Below the pieces are notes generated by a model. That model was not told the origin of the DNA. It ran no database searches and saw nothing but the letters and a program-made list of their open reading frames with translations. Shown piece by piece: positions 30,032 to 41,819 of a stretch of 64,000 nt of DNA. The first letter of the stretch is position 1. The number at the start of each line of letters is the position of its first letter. The stretch is from Chamaesiphon sp. (GTDB taxonomy: Bacteria; Cyanobacteriota; Cyanobacteriia; Cyanobacteriales; Chamaesiphonaceae). A program made the translations under genes and the position numbers. The stretch covers positions 1 through 64,000 of the forward strand of contig CBDFFH010000046.1 of assembly GCA_965246715.1 (NCBI GenBank), written 5' to 3'.

Positions 30032-31333
30032 TTGATTTCTACATCTAATTTGAAAACTACAAAATCAGAAGAAATTTTTGCAGCCGCTCAGAAGATTATG
30101 CCAGGTGGGGTGAATTCTCCAGTGCGAGCATTTAAATCTGTTGGCGGACAACCAGTTGTATTCGATCGAGTCAAAGATGCTTATGTCTGGGACGTAGACG
30201 GGAACCAGTATATTGATTATGTCGGTAGTTGGGGTCCGGCGATCTGCGGACATGCCAACCCCGAAGTCATTGCCGCCTTACATGATGCGCTCGCGAAAGG
30301 GACTAGTTTCGGCGCGCCCTGCTATCTCGAAAATGTCCTCGCACAAATGGTCATCGATGCCGTTCCGAGCGTTGAGATGGTCAGATTTGTCAACTCTGGT
30401 ACCGAGGCTTGTATGGCTGTGCTGCGGCTGATGCGCGCCTTTACCGGACGGGATAAGATTATCAAGTTTGAAGGCTGTTATCACGGACATGCGGATATGT
30501 TCCTCGTCAAAGCAGGTTCTGGTGTCGCGACACTCGGATTACCGGACTCTCCTGGCGTACCAAAGTCTACTACTGCCGACACCCTAACTGCACCCTATAA
30601 CGATTTAGAGGCCGTCAAGGCGTTATTTGCGGCCAATCCTGACAGCATTTCGGGAGTTATCCTAGAACCAGTCGTGGGTAACGCTGGTTTCATCACGCCT
30701 GATGCTGGCTTCCTGGAAGGCTTGCGTCTGATTACTCAAGAATACGGCGCATTGCTAGTATTCGATGAGGTCATGACTGGTTTCCGCATTTCCTACGGCG
30801 GCGCACAGCAGAGATTTGGCATTACTCCCGACCTGACTACAATGGGTAAAGTGATCGGTGGTGGTTTACCAGTTGGCGCATATGGGGGACGCAAAGATAT
30901 CATGTCGATGGTCGCACCTGCGGGGCCGATGTATCAAGCTGGGACGCTTTCGGGCAATCCGCTGGCGATGACAGCTGGGATCAAAACGTTGGAACTACTG
31001 CAAAAGCCTGGTGCTTATGAGTATCTGGATAAAATCACCAAGAAGTTGGCTGATGGCTTGCTAGAGATCGCTCGCGAAACTGGGCACGAAGCTTGTGGCG
31101 GTCAAATTAGTGGGATGTTTGGGTTGTTTTTCTGTGCTGGCCCCGTTCACAATTTTGAGGATGCTAAGCATTCGGATGTGGCTAAGTTCGGGCGGTTCCA
31201 TCGGGGGATGTTAGAGCAGGGGATTTATTTGGCACCGTCGCAGTTTGAGGCTGGGTTTACTTCGCTGGCGCATACTGAGGCTGATATCGATCGAACTTTA
31301 GCTGCGGCAAGGGTTGTGATGTCTCAGATTTAG
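30032..31333 (+). CDS. hemL: glutamate-1-semialdehyde 2,1-aminomutase
   Basis: [34 protein letters not shown]. Confidence 0.98.
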   Translation: MISTSNLKTTKSEEIFAAAQKIMPGGVNSPVRAFKSVGGQPVVFDRVKDAYVWDVDGNQYIDYVGSWGPAICGHANPEVIAALHDALAKGTSFGAPCYLENVLAQMVIDAVPSVEMVRFVNSGTEACMAVLRLMRAFTGRDKIIKFEGCYHGHADMFLVKAGSGVATLGLPDSPGVPKSTTADTLTAPYNDLEAVKALFAANPDSISGVILEPVVGNAGFITPDAGFLEGLRLITQEYGALLVFDEVMTGFRISYGGAQQRFGITPDLTTMGKVIGGGLPVGAYGGRKDIMSMVAPAGPMYQAGTLSGNPLAMTAGIKTLELLQKPGAYEYLDKITKKLADGLLEIARETGHEACGGQISGMFGLFFCAGPVHNFEDAKHSDVAKFGRFHRGMLEQGIYLAPSQFEAGFTSLAHTEADIDRTLAAARVVMSQI

Positions 31334-31709
31334 GCTTTTCTTGGCTGCGTTTTTGGGTTACTGGTGGGGAGAACCCGGATCTGAGGGCGGCCTCCCCCAG
31401 ACCCCCCGTTGAAGGGCGGAGTGCCGCCCCTCAAACTCCCCTGCACAAGGGCTGGTTTGTTGGCAGCGGAGCGCGCTTCGCATTATTGCGTCCAGTCATC
31501 GATCTGTAGGTGTGTGAGAATAGTATGCTCTCTTGAAGGTGGTGCAGAAACAAGGCGATGAGTCATCGATCGAGTACTGGTGTGAAATGTGAGTTAATCT
31601 ATCATCCCAAAAATTTAGTTAGATTTGTTTTGTACAGGCTAGACACTTTAGCAATATTTGAATCTCAGCGATCGCTTCTTTAGTGAAGAAAATAGATCGA
31701 GGCATGAAC

Positions 31710-31744
31710 AATCCGCAATCCGTAATCCCCAATCCAAAATCCAA
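31710..31744. repeat. heptamer tandem repeat AATCCNN x5
   Basis: AATCCGC AATCCGT AATCCCC AATCCAA AATCCAA. Confidence 0.75.
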
Positions 31745-31746
31745 AT

Positions 31747-33678
31747 ATGACTATTTTTACACTGCAATCAGTTAAGAAAGATTTTGGAATCAAAGAGATT
31801 CTCAAAGATGGTTCGTTTAGCTTAGATGCAGCGGATAAAGTTGGTTTGATCGGTATGAATGGATCGGGAAAATCAACTTTATTGAAGATGATTGCAGGCT
31901 TAGAGCCGATCGATGGTGGGCAGATTTTAATCAATCCGGGAGTGAGTACGATCTATCTGCCGCAACAACCGGAGATGGATGGCAATCGGACAGTGTTGGA
32001 ACAGGTATTTGCTGATAGTGGCGAAGCGATGCAGTTGGTACGGGACTACGAGATCGTCTCTGAGAAATTAGCACATCCAGGGAATCATGAATCGACGGAA
32101 TTATTAGGTCGATTATCTACGATTATGCAGCGGATGGACGCGGTGAATGCGTGGGAATTGGAAACTAAAGCGAAGATTATTCTAACTAAATTAGGAATCG
32201 TTGATTTTGATGCGAAAGTCGGTGATTTATCAGGAGGTTATCGCAAACGGATCGCGCTGGCGGCGGCGTTATTATCGGAGCCAGATGCCTTACTGATGGA
32301 CGAGCCGACGAACCATTTAGATGCACTGTCTGTGGAATGGTTGCAGGAATATTTAACTCGCTATCGCGGTGCAATTTTGTTGATTACACACGATCGCTAT
32401 TTCTTGGATAAAGTCACCAATCGGATTATCGAGATCGATCGCGGCGATATTTATACTTATAGTGGTAACTATACTTATTATTTAGAGAAGAAGGCTTTAG
32501 AAGAGGATTCTGCCGCTAGTTCGCAGAAGAAACATGCTGGACTCCTCCGTCGTGAATTAGCTTGGTTACGACGCGGCGCAAAAGCCCGTAGTACCAAACA
32601 AAAAGCCCGGATCGGACGGGCGGAAGATCTACAGGAAAAAGAATTCAAACAATCTACTGGGAAGGTCGATATTTCGACACCGACGCGACGGATTGGTAAG
32701 AAAGTTATTGAAGTAATGGGTGTCTCGAAAAGTTATGGAGATCGCCAGTTAATTTCTGACTTTACTTATGAATTTTCACCGGACGATCGGATCGGGATTA
32801 TCGGCGAAAATGGCACTGGTAAATCTACGTTAATGGATATTTGTACGGGTCGATTGGCACCGGACAAAGGTACTGTAGACATCGGGACAACGATTCATAT
32901 CGGTTACTTCGACCAACATTCTGAAGACCTACAAGAAGCCGGGAGCGAACAACTCCGAGCGATCGATTATATCAAAGAAGTTGGTGAATACGTCAAAGTT
33001 GCCGATGGTTCGCAAATTAGCGCCTCACAAATGTTGGAACGGTTTCTATTTACCCCGAATCAACAATATACGCCGATTAATAAGCTTTCTGGTGGTGAAA
33101 AACGCCGATTGTTTTTATTACGCGTATTGATGAGTATGCCGAATGTGTTGATTTTAGATGAGCCGACCAACGATCTCGATGTGCAGACATTATCAGTCTT
33201 GGAAGAATATTTATCTGAGTTTAATGGCTGCGTAATCGTGGTTTCACACGATCGCTATTTCCTCGATCGAACTGTTGAGAAAATATTTGCAATCGAAGCT
33301 GAAGGCAAAATTCGCGAATATCCTGGCAATTATTCAGTTTATTTAGACTACAAACAAGCTGAAGCCACCGCCGAAAAATTAGCAGCTAAAAATAATAATG
33401 CAGCCACTCGATCGGTTGCAGTAGCCACAGCACCGGAACCCAGTAAAACCGAAGTTAAAAAACGGCGGCTATCGACTTGGGAAGAGCGGGAATTTAACAA
33501 ACTAGAAGGTAAGATCGCTAGCCTAGAAGCAGATAAGGCTAAACTCGAACAGCAGTTAGCTCATTCACCAACTGCTGACTATAGTCAACTCCAAAAATTA
33601 ACTGCGGAATTGGAAAAATTGAATCATACGATCGATACGACTACCGCACGCTGGATGGAATTAGCGGAGTTTGCCTGA
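31747..33678 (+). CDS. ABC-F family ATPase (Uup-like)
   Basis: Two NBDs (GSGKST/GTGKST, LSGG, DEPTN), no TM domain, C-terminal coiled coil. Confidence 0.92.
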   Translation: MTIFTLQSVKKDFGIKEILKDGSFSLDAADKVGLIGMNGSGKSTLLKMIAGLEPIDGGQILINPGVSTIYLPQQPEMDGNRTVLEQVFADSGEAMQLVRDYEIVSEKLAHPGNHESTELLGRLSTIMQRMDAVNAWELETKAKIILTKLGIVDFDAKVGDLSGGYRKRIALAAALLSEPDALLMDEPTNHLDALSVEWLQEYLTRYRGAILLITHDRYFLDKVTNRIIEIDRGDIYTYSGNYTYYLEKKALEEDSAASSQKKHAGLLRRELAWLRRGAKARSTKQKARIGRAEDLQEKEFKQSTGKVDISTPTRRIGKKVIEVMGVSKSYGDRQLISDFTYEFSPDDRIGIIGENGTGKSTLMDICTGRLAPDKGTVDIGTTIHIGYFDQHSEDLQEAGSEQLRAIDYIKEVGEYVKVADGSQISASQMLERFLFTPNQQYTPINKLSGGEKRRLFLLRVLMSMPNVLILDEPTNDLDVQTLSVLEEYLSEFNGCVIVVSHDRYFLDRTVEKIFAIEAEGKIREYPGNYSVYLDYKQAEATAEKLAAKNNNAATRSVAVATAPEPSKTEVKKRRLSTWEEREFNKLEGKIASLEADKAKLEQQLAHSPTADYSQLQKLTAELEKLNHTIDTTTARWMELAEFA

Positions 33679-33903
33679 GCGAGGGGTTCGGAGTAACTAA
33701 TTTCAGACAATTATAGGTAGATTGTAATTAATGTCAAATGTAGACGAATGGAAAATTTGTGTCGATCGAGTGGAACTTCCGATCTCGTGCAAGCCGTCAC
33801 AACATCAGGAGCGGAGCATCCCGATTTATGGGAATTAGAGCGATCTCGATCGCGATGGTAGACTATTCCGCTACAATTAGTTGGAAATTCACGGTTAGAC
33901 GTT

Positions 33904-35052
33904 GTGAGTAACATCCCCCCTCTCGACCTTAAACGACAGTATCAAGCAATCAGTGCCGATCTTAATGCGGCGGTACTCGAAGTTTTGGCATCGGGTGCCT
34001 ATATTGGCGGCCCGATGGTACAGAGTTTCGAGCAACAATTTGCGAGTTATGTCGGCACCACTGAATGCATCGGCTGCAATTCGGGCACAGATGCGCTGTA
34101 TCTTGCCTTGAGAGCCATGCAGATCGGGATGGGGGATGAAGTAATCACCTCACCCTTTACCTTTATCGCCACTGCCGAAACCATTAGTGCGGTTGGTGCA
34201 AAGCCAGTATTTGTCGATATCGATCCTGCTACTTTCAATCTCGATCTCGATCGCTTGGCAGCAGCGATTACCCCCCGCACTAGGGCAATTATGCCAGTGC
34301 ATCTATTTGGTAAACCACTAGATATGACTGCGGTAATGTCGATCGCTAACCAGCATAACCTAATCGTCATCGAAGATTGCGCCCAGGCAACGGGTGCGAC
34401 CTGGAATGGTAAGCGAGTTGGCAGTATCGGACATTTTGGCTGTTTTAGCTTCTTCCCGACCAAAAATCTCGGCGGTTGTGGTGACGGTGGCGCGATTACA
34501 CTCAACGATCCAGAGCTAGCTGCCGATTTACGGATGTTTCGCGAACATGGCAGCCGTCAGCGATATTATCATGAAGCGATCGGTGTCAACAGCCGTCTCG
34601 ATGCCATTCAAGCCGCAGTTTTGCAGGTAAAACTCCCATATCTCGATCGGTGGAACCAGCAACGCGAGCGAGTCGCCACCCAATATCAAGAGTTGCTTGC
34701 CAACGTACCGGGAATTATTACCCCGCAACCAATTCCTGGCGGCGAATCGGTTTGGAATCAATACACGATTAGATTAATCGCCCCTACTGGTGTCGATCCT
34801 GCCGCATATCGCGATCGAGTGCGTGCTAGTCTTCAGGCAGCTGGCGTAATTTCGATGATTTATTACCCGCTCCCCCTCCATTTACAAGCGGTTTACCAAG
34901 ATCTCGGCCACCCCGCTGGCAGTTTCCCCGTTACCGAACTAGTCAGCCATCAAGTACTCTCGCTACCGATGTTCCCCGAACTGACTTTTGAGGAGCAGCA
35001 ACGGGTAGTATATGCCCTCAAAGATGCGAGCGATCTTGGCGTTAACTGCTAA
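33904..35052 (+). CDS. DegT/DnrJ/EryC1/StrS sugar aminotransferase
   Basis: NSGTDAL, IEDCAQA, SFFPTKNLG..GDGG, NSRLD. Confidence 0.92.
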   Translation: MSNIPPLDLKRQYQAISADLNAAVLEVLASGAYIGGPMVQSFEQQFASYVGTTECIGCNSGTDALYLALRAMQIGMGDEVITSPFTFIATAETISAVGAKPVFVDIDPATFNLDLDRLAAAITPRTRAIMPVHLFGKPLDMTAVMSIANQHNLIVIEDCAQATGATWNGKRVGSIGHFGCFSFFPTKNLGGCGDGGAITLNDPELAADLRMFREHGSRQRYYHEAIGVNSRLDAIQAAVLQVKLPYLDRWNQQRERVATQYQELLANVPGIITPQPIPGGESVWNQYTIRLIAPTGVDPAAYRDRVRASLQAAGVISMIYYPLPLHLQAVYQDLGHPAGSFPVTELVSHQVLSLPMFPELTFEEQQRVVYALKDASDLGVNC

Positions 35053-35123
35053 TTTGCAGCCAATATCGGCCTAATTAACGTCAGCGCGGCGCATCCGCTT
35101 TTTACGTCGGGAAACCCTTGGAG

Positions 35124-35691
35124 CCAGCATTCCGCAGGTAAATCACGAAAGAAGGTAATATTTGCGGCAAGGAGCACCAAAGAACTGGAGAATCCATAAC
35201 CGCTCGGTGGTGAGATTGGTGATGTGTTTGTGACCATCAAAAGTGAGTAAATGAATGGACATCAAACATTGAAACATCCATCGAAGAGTAGGTTTAGCAG
35301 TAGACTTACCAACTTGATTCTCAACAGTTTGTTGAGCGTTGTCCAAAGCTTGGCGGAGTGAACGTTGACCAAGACTGTAAACGAGTAGACATAAACCCAT
35401 CCCCATTGCCATCGCCGCGACTCGTTGGGGAGTATTGAGAAAAATACTGGAAGTAAAAAACAGCGGATCTTTGAGAAAGCGAGAACCACGCTCAGTAGAC
35501 TGCTGCGCCTTATATTCGGTCAGGACATCCTCATCACTGAGAACTTGCTCATCAAGGACATTAAAATGTTTGAGGGCTGAGGTAGCTGAGGCTAGCTTTT
35601 TGGAGCGACAACTAAAGCATCGATATCCCATTGTTGCATGAACTGTGTCGCTAATTTTCCAAACATTGCTGAGTCGGTTTCATTTCCATTG
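35124..35691 (-). pseudogene. IS1634-family transposase remnant, internally deleted
   Basis: Fragment NGNETDSAMFG..QQWDIDALVVA joined out of frame to YKAQQSTERG.RFLKDP...PTLRWMFQ; end CCTGCGGAATG. Confidence 0.78.
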
Positions 35692-36337
35692 TTTCTGTTA
35701 GTCCTGACTCCTATGTCAATCACCACTTAGATTTTTATGGTAATTACACACATTTATCAATTCTTATTTGCCATATTTACTATCGAGCGAGCATACTAAG
35801 TAGTGCAGAGCCAAAACTCAAAGATTAAAAACTGTAATTACTTCCAAAAGCAAGAATGAAAATATCTGGTTCCGAGCCTTTAGCAGCTTATTTTTACCAA
35901 TCTCACTGTTAGTAGGCTTGTTCTTCCTAATCTATCGCGCTCAACGGCAATAAATTGGGGAGCTGAACGTCAATATTAAAGATGGGGCTGCCAGATCGAT
36001 CGACCTCAGAAATTCGGTAATCCACCCGCTGCCGACTCAATAATGCGATCGCGTCCGTGGGTAAACTAGAATATACGCACCAGTATCCATTAGGGGATAA
36101 CGGGTAAATTAGCGATTATTAACATCGTCAGCAGTGAATTAGCACCATTTATCCGAAAAACTTTGGATTTACCCTATCGATCGAATGAGAGAAGAGTTAA
36201 CATAAGTTAATACAAGGATAAAAAACGCCAATTTATTGACGGCGTATCACTGGATAGCACGGCACTGAATGAGTCACTCAAACCCAACAAAGTCAACCGC
36301 TACCAGTCACCAGACACTAATATAGGAGCACATATAC

Positions 36338-38185
36338 GTGAATAATAAGCGGTGGAGAAATGCCGGACTGTACGTCCTGTTGGCGGTTGTAGCGATCGCC
36401 CTGGCAACCACATTTTTAGAAAAACCCAACCCAGCCCAAAAAACTTTAAAGTATAGTCAGTTCATCCAAGAGGTGAAACAGGGGAATATCGAGAACGTTG
36501 GTTTGAGTGCCGATCGGAGCAAAGCCTTAGTTCAGGAAAAAGACGGTACGAAACTATCTGTCAATCTCCCACCCAACGACAATCAACTGATCGATATCCT
36601 GACTACCAATGTCAAGGGAAACATTTACGTTCTACCCCAGAATGATGATAGTGTCTGGTTCCGGGTACTGAGCAGCTTATTCTTCCCAGTCTTGTTATTA
36701 GTCGGTTTATTCCTCCTCCTCCGTCGCGCTCAGAGCGGCCCAGGCAACCAAGCGATGAACTTTGGTAAATCCAAAGCTCGCGTGCAAATGGAACCCCAAA
36801 CCCAAGTTACCTTTGGCGATGTCGCTGGCATCGACCAAGCTAAATTGGAACTCAATGAAGTTGTAGACTTCCTTAAAAATGCCGATCGGTTTACCGCGCT
36901 CGGTGCCAAAATTCCTAAAGGTGTCCTGTTAGTCGGCCCTCCAGGTACTGGTAAAACCCTTCTAGCTCGTGCGGTAGCTGGTGAAGCTGGCGTACCATTC
37001 TTCAGCATCTCCGGTTCGGAATTCGTCGAAATGTTTGTTGGTGTGGGTGCATCCCGCGTCCGCGACTTGTTCGAGCAAGCCAAAGCCCAAGCACCTTGTA
37101 TCGTCTTCATCGATGAAATCGATGCTGTCGGTCGTCAACGGGGCGCAGGCATGGGTGGTGGTAATGACGAACGGGAACAAACCCTGAACCAATTACTCAC
37201 CGAGATGGATGGATTTGAGGGCAATACGGGGATTATTATTATCGCCGCTACCAACCGTCCTGACGTATTGGATTCGGCACTATTACGCCCAGGTCGTTTC
37301 GATCGCCAAGTTGTGGTAGATCGTCCCGATTACGCTGGTCGTCTAGAAATCCTTAACGTTCACGCTCGTGGTAAAACATTGGCTAAAGATGTCGATCTCG
37401 AACGCATTTCCCGTCGGACTCCTGGTTTCACAGGTGCAGACTTAGCCAACCTCTTGAATGAAGCCGCAATCTTAGCAGCACGTCGCAGCTTGACCGAAAT
37501 CTCCATGGATGAAGTTAACGATGCGATCGATCGCGTACTCGCTGGCCCAGAGAAGAAAGACCGCGTGATGAGCGAGAAACGTAAAACACTCGTTGCTTAT
37601 CATGAAGCTGGTCATGCCTTAGTTGGCGCGCTGATGCCCGACTACGACCCCGTTCAAAAAATCAGCATCATCCCACGCGGTCGTGCTGGCGGTCTGACTT
37701 GGTTTACGCCGAGTGAAGATCGGATGGAATCTGGTTTATACAGCCGTTCCTACCTTCAAAATCAAATGGCAGTCGCCCTCGGCGGTCGGATTGCCGAAGA
37801 ACTGATTTTTGGTGAAGAAGAAGTTACCACGGGTGCTTCCAATGACCTCCAACAAGTCGCTCGCGTCGCCCGTCAAATGGTAATGCGCTTTGGAATGAGC
37901 GAGAAACTCGGCCCCGTTGCGCTCGGTCGTCAGCAAGGTAACATGTTCCTCGGTCGTGATATCGCCTCCGAACGCGACTTCTCCGAAGAAACAGCTGCTG
38001 TCATCGATGATGAAGTCAGCCAGTTAGTTGCTGAAGCTTATCGTCGTGCTAAGGATGTCTTACTGGGCAACAAGCATGTCCTCGACAAACTCGCAAACAT
38101 GTTAGTCGATAAAGAGACTGTCGATTCGGAAGAACTTCAGGATCTACTCGCTACCAACGATGTGAAAATGGCTGCGATCGCATAG
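36338..38185 (+). CDS. ftsH3: ATP-dependent zinc metalloprotease FtsH (FtsH3 type)
   Basis: RWRNAGLY N-terminus, [11 protein letters not shown] region, HEAGH. Confidence 0.93.
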   Translation: MNNKRWRNAGLYVLLAVVAIALATTFLEKPNPAQKTLKYSQFIQEVKQGNIENVGLSADRSKALVQEKDGTKLSVNLPPNDNQLIDILTTNVKGNIYVLPQNDDSVWFRVLSSLFFPVLLLVGLFLLLRRAQSGPGNQAMNFGKSKARVQMEPQTQVTFGDVAGIDQAKLELNEVVDFLKNADRFTALGAKIPKGVLLVGPPGTGKTLLARAVAGEAGVPFFSISGSEFVEMFVGVGASRVRDLFEQAKAQAPCIVFIDEIDAVGRQRGAGMGGGNDEREQTLNQLLTEMDGFEGNTGIIIIAATNRPDVLDSALLRPGRFDRQVVVDRPDYAGRLEILNVHARGKTLAKDVDLERISRRTPGFTGADLANLLNEAAILAARRSLTEISMDEVNDAIDRVLAGPEKKDRVMSEKRKTLVAYHEAGHALVGALMPDYDPVQKISIIPRGRAGGLTWFTPSEDRMESGLYSRSYLQNQMAVALGGRIAEELIFGEEEVTTGASNDLQQVARVARQMVMRFGMSEKLGPVALGRQQGNMFLGRDIASERDFSEETAAVIDDEVSQLVAEAYRRAKDVLLGNKHVLDKLANMLVDKETVDSEELQDLLATNDVKMAAIA

Positions 38186-38294
38186 TTAGCTAACAGTTAT
38201 CGGTTGACATTATTCAGCTCCAGCCTACACCGGACTTTAATTAAGTTGGTGTAGGCTTTGTGATGATTGTAGAGACACAACATGTATCTGCCCC

Positions 38295-38332
38295 ATATCC
38301 CCGACTTCTCCAAGAAGTCGGGGATATTTTTT
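38295..38332. terminator. hairpin between convergent genes; member of a dispersed family
   Basis: ATATCCCCGACTTCT/AGAAGTCGGGGATAT plus T tract; relatives at about 6220 and 53705. Confidence 0.65.
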
Positions 38333-38441
38333 CGGCGTTGGTGAATTGCGGTATGAATTGCCCCTACCGTAAATTTCCAAGATTGCAGCGACAGTAAATT
38401 ATTCCTGAATTCAGCAATGCCATTTTCTCCACTAGCTCGCA

Positions 38442-39119
38442 CTAACGAGTTATTACCAACATTTCATTACCACCAGGTTGAAGCTCATATTCGACTGGAA
38501 CGATCCGAGATTGAAAGCCTGCATTTTGAACCAGCTGGCACAATCGATCGAGATATGGAGATCGATCCCACATCAATGTTAACAATGGAAAGATCCGTAA
38601 CTCATTGGTATGTTCGAGTAACTTAGTCACAGCTTGCGCGTGAAACTCCCAACCGAGTTGCTCCGAGTACAGTAGTAGAAAATGAGAACATAAAATTAGA
38701 TCGTAAAATTCATTATTGAGTGCATTTGGTACTTCACCAGCAACATATCTACCCGCAATTTTCCCCACATCGTAATCCGCCAAAAATAACTTGAGTGCTA
38801 GCTCGCGATAGTGGCGTAAGTCCGCTGGAGATTTATGAAATTTCCACACCCAGTCTTGGGGATTACTTTCGATTTGACCGATAATTACATCGACACAATT
38901 GTTAAATCTTTGTTGAATTTCGGCACCGCTAAAATGGTAAATCGGATCGATCGCGGTGGCTCGATATCCCAGCGCAAACATCTCGGCAGTAAAGCTAGCA
39001 GGCCCTGCGCCGATATCTAAGATCTGCCGCTGGAGATCGCTATCGGTCAAATTAAACATCAATCGATACTCTGCTAAGGTTCTTCCAAATGGAACCACAT
39101 TATCCAATTGCATTGCCAT
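38442..39119 (-). CDS. SAM-dependent methyltransferase
   Basis: ILDIGAGPASF motif I, YDLILCSHFL. Confidence 0.82.
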   Translation of the reverse strand: MAMQLDNVVPFGRTLAEYRLMFNLTDSDLQRQILDIGAGPASFTAEMFALGYRATAIDPIYHFSGAEIQQRFNNCVDVIIGQIESNPQDWVWKFHKSPADLRHYRELALKLFLADYDVGKIAGRYVAGEVPNALNNEFYDLILCSHFLLLYSEQLGWEFHAQAVTKLLEHTNELRIFPLLTLMWDRSPYLDRLCQLVQNAGFQSRIVPVEYELQPGGNEMLVITR

Positions 39120-39433
39120 AGATTATAAATATGCAGGATGTCTATAATAGATAGACTTACTTTGTTAATTACAAAACAAGCTGCTTTACCAAGCTAATTT
39201 CGTTAGCGTAGCGGTACTTTTAGCAAATCGACCATTCCAACACTTTGTTAGCACGGTCGGGTCGCTAGTCTTTACCAATCTTAATCGTAAAGGCGATCGC
39301 GATCGCCGATCGGAAAATGCCAGTTTCGGACAGTAATACCGGACATAATTGTCTGAGTTGACTCTGCTTACTTACAGCATTCCCAGCGACAAAATTATCA
39401 GGAACTTATTGACTGTTAAACACTTCAAACAAA

Positions 39434-40036
39434 TTGTACCCCCGAACCACAATTCGCTCGATTGGTCTCACACCTCGTCATATGACAACTCCACACACTC
39501 AAAGCACCCTGCACCGTTTTTCTCGTCCGTTACTACTGGGAATGATGGCTAGTTTCCTCAGTATTTTAGGTGGTATCGTTCCCGATCTGAGCGCCCAAAA
39601 ACCCAGCCAAATCTTTGGCAGTGCAGCGCGAGCGGATGAAACTATCAATCCCCCTCGCCGTAACCATACTAGTACATCGAGCCAACTCAAACCAGCCCGC
39701 AAAGCAAATATAGCTCAAGCTGGAGAAGAGTTTAGCGATGCCGATTTGCGTAATTATGCGTCGGCATTAATGCAAATCGAACCGATTCGTCAATCGACAT
39801 TAGCCCAAGTAATCCGTGCTAATGGTGGTGGCACCTTACCCAATCTTGTCTGCAATCAGCCGAGTACGATGGATTCATTAAATAGTGAGGCCAAAGCGCT
39901 GTTCGTTAGATATTGCAATCAATCTGAAAATATTGCTGCGAGTAAGGGATTGAATATCGACAAATTCAATCAGATTACCCAATCGGTTCGCTCTAATCCT
40001 CAACTTCAAAATCGAGTGCGCGCTTTTATGAATTAA
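39434..40036 (+). CDS. DUF4168-like protein
   Basis: NYA.AL.QIEP.RQ, YCN.S..I....GL....FNQIT; start uncertain. Confidence 0.7.
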   Translation: MYPRTTIRSIGLTPRHMTTPHTQSTLHRFSRPLLLGMMASFLSILGGIVPDLSAQKPSQIFGSAARADETINPPRRNHTSTSSQLKPARKANIAQAGEEFSDADLRNYASALMQIEPIRQSTLAQVIRANGGGTLPNLVCNQPSTMDSLNSEAKALFVRYCNQSENIAASKGLNIDKFNQITQSVRSNPQLQNRVRAFMN

Positions 40037-40085
40037 TCGGTCAAAATATAATCATCACGATCGTCTATCGAGGTCAAATCCGCTC

Positions 40086-40529
40086 TTGTCTATCGTACTC
40101 AGTCAAAGGTTGCATCATCACCATTACGCTTCACCGATCCCCCATCTCCTTGGGCTGACAGCCGAAGAACGCACCCGCAGTCGCCATCACTTTGTCACTG
40201 ACGACGCAACTCCCGTTTATCTGCAATTACCACGCGGTACAATCCTCCAGGATGGGGACATTCTCACATCGGACACAGGTGATATCTTCGTCAAAGTTGC
40301 TGCCAAGCCAGAGCCAGTTTTGACAGTTACTAGCAGCGACTCGATCGATCTACTCCGTGCTGCTTATCATTTAGGTAATCGCCATGTCAGTCTCGAAATC
40401 ACCCCCGAATACCTCCGCCTGAGTCCCGATCCTGTTTTGGAGGGGATGTTAGTACAGTTAGGTTTACAAGTCGCCCATGAAGTTGCTCCATTTCGACCAC
40501 AAGCTGGTGCTTATAGCCATCAGCATTAG
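40086..40529 (+). CDS. ureE: urease accessory protein UreE
   Basis: ERTRSR, LPRG..L.DGD, AAYHLGNRH, F.P..GAY.H. Confidence 0.92.
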   Translation: MSIVLSQRLHHHHYASPIPHLLGLTAEERTRSRHHFVTDDATPVYLQLPRGTILQDGDILTSDTGDIFVKVAAKPEPVLTVTSSDSIDLLRAAYHLGNRHVSLEITPEYLRLSPDPVLEGMLVQLGLQVAHEVAPFRPQAGAYSHQH

Positions 40530-40544
40530 GCCTAAATAGGCAGA

Positions 40545-41306
40545 TCAATGCCACCAAATCGCGATAGCGATGGCGACGACCGCACCGATGATTGTATTGA
40601 TGACATTGACTAGTTCGTTTGTTAGCCAATCGAATTTATTTTGGATCGTCGCACCGATCACACTTTCGAAGTTAGTAGCGACAAAAGCAGCAATTGCGCA
40701 AATAACCACACCTGGTAACGTAATTAGATCGAAACCATAAGCAACCACCGAAATAATTAACCCGCCCAGTATCCCCGCGAGCGTACCTTCTAGACTGATC
40801 GCACCTTCGGTACCTCTAGGTACGGGTTGAAGCGTGGTAATTAAAAAAGTACTTTTTCCATAAGCTTTACCAACTTCACTAGCAGTAGTATCGGCTAATT
40901 TAGTTGCAAAACTTGCTACATAACCCAATAATAATAACGATCGCCACTGTGGATCGAGCCATCCTAATTGCACCGCTGCCACACCGAGCGCACAGATTGT
41001 AGCAGTAAAAGCCGAACCCCAAACATTTTCTGGGCCTCTAGCGCCGCCTCGTTTTTCGGCAATGCCTTCAGCTTCTTTTTGCGCCATCCCGATCCGTGTT
41101 ACTGCCGAACCGACAAGAAAGTAAAACATCACTACGCCATAGCCCCGCCAGCCCAAAGTACCCCAGACTACCACCCCTAATGCCCATGCATGTAGTAGGC
41201 CGGCTGGTGTCAGTAACTTTTTAGGAATAATTGTTGCTACAAGTAGTAAGATTGAATTCAACCCGATCGCTGCCAACCACGGATTCTCGAACACAGTGTT
41301 TAACAT
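40545..41306 (-). CDS. TIGR00297/DUF92 membrane protein
   Basis: RGPENVWGS, DTTASEVGK, GTEGAISLEG. Confidence 0.9.
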   Translation of the reverse strand: MLNTVFENPWLAAIGLNSILLLVATIIPKKLLTPAGLLHAWALGVVVWGTLGWRGYGVVMFYFLVGSAVTRIGMAQKEAEGIAEKRGGARGPENVWGSAFTATICALGVAAVQLGWLDPQWRSLLLLGYVASFATKLADTTASEVGKAYGKSTFLITTLQPVPRGTEGAISLEGTLAGILGGLIISVVAYGFDLITLPGVVICAIAAFVATNFESVIGATIQNKFDWLTNELVNVINTIIGAVVAIAIAIWWH

Positions 41307-41384
41307 ATTTTTAGCTGTATTCTCTCAGGTTTGTGCTTAGTTATTTGTTATTAGTAAACTAGATCTAGCCACGGATCGCTATTT

Positions 41385-41819
41385 ATGACTGAAACTATTT
41401 TTCACCTGGCCTTTCCGATCTCGAATATTCCCGATACCAAGAAATTTTACATCGATGGTTTAGGTTGCAACGCAGGTCGAGAAACGCCAAACTCGCTAAT
41501 TCTCAATCTGTACGGACATCAACTGGTCTCGCATATCACTAAAGAACCATTAGGGTTACAAACAGGCATTTATCCGCGTCATTTTGGGATTGTCTTCACT
41601 ACTTTAGCTGACTGGCAAGCATTATTCGATCGAGCTACTGATAAACAATTAAAATTTTACCAGACAGCAAAACATCGTTTCCCTGGTGAGATTACCGAGC
41701 ATCGGACATTTTTCCTCGCCGATCCGTTTGCAAATTTATTAGAATTTAAATATTATACTCATCCTGCAGCGATTTTTGGCGCGCGAGAATTTACTCAAAT
41801 CGGTGACTCGACGGGTTGA
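41385..41819 (+). CDS. VOC/glyoxalase family protein
   Basis: FHLAFP, YGHQLV.H, PRHFG, FF..DPF.N.LEFK. Confidence 0.88.
   Translation: MTETIFHLAFPISNIPDTKKFYIDGLGCNAGRETPNSLILNLYGHQLVSHITKEPLGLQTGIYPRHFGIVFTTLADWQALFDRATDKQLKFYQTAKHRFPGEITEHRTFFLADPFANLLEFKYYTHPAAIFGAREFTQIGDSTG

Noticed and set aside
40086..40529. Isolated ureE as an anomaly
   Set aside because: Urease accessory genes are often scattered in cyanobacteria.
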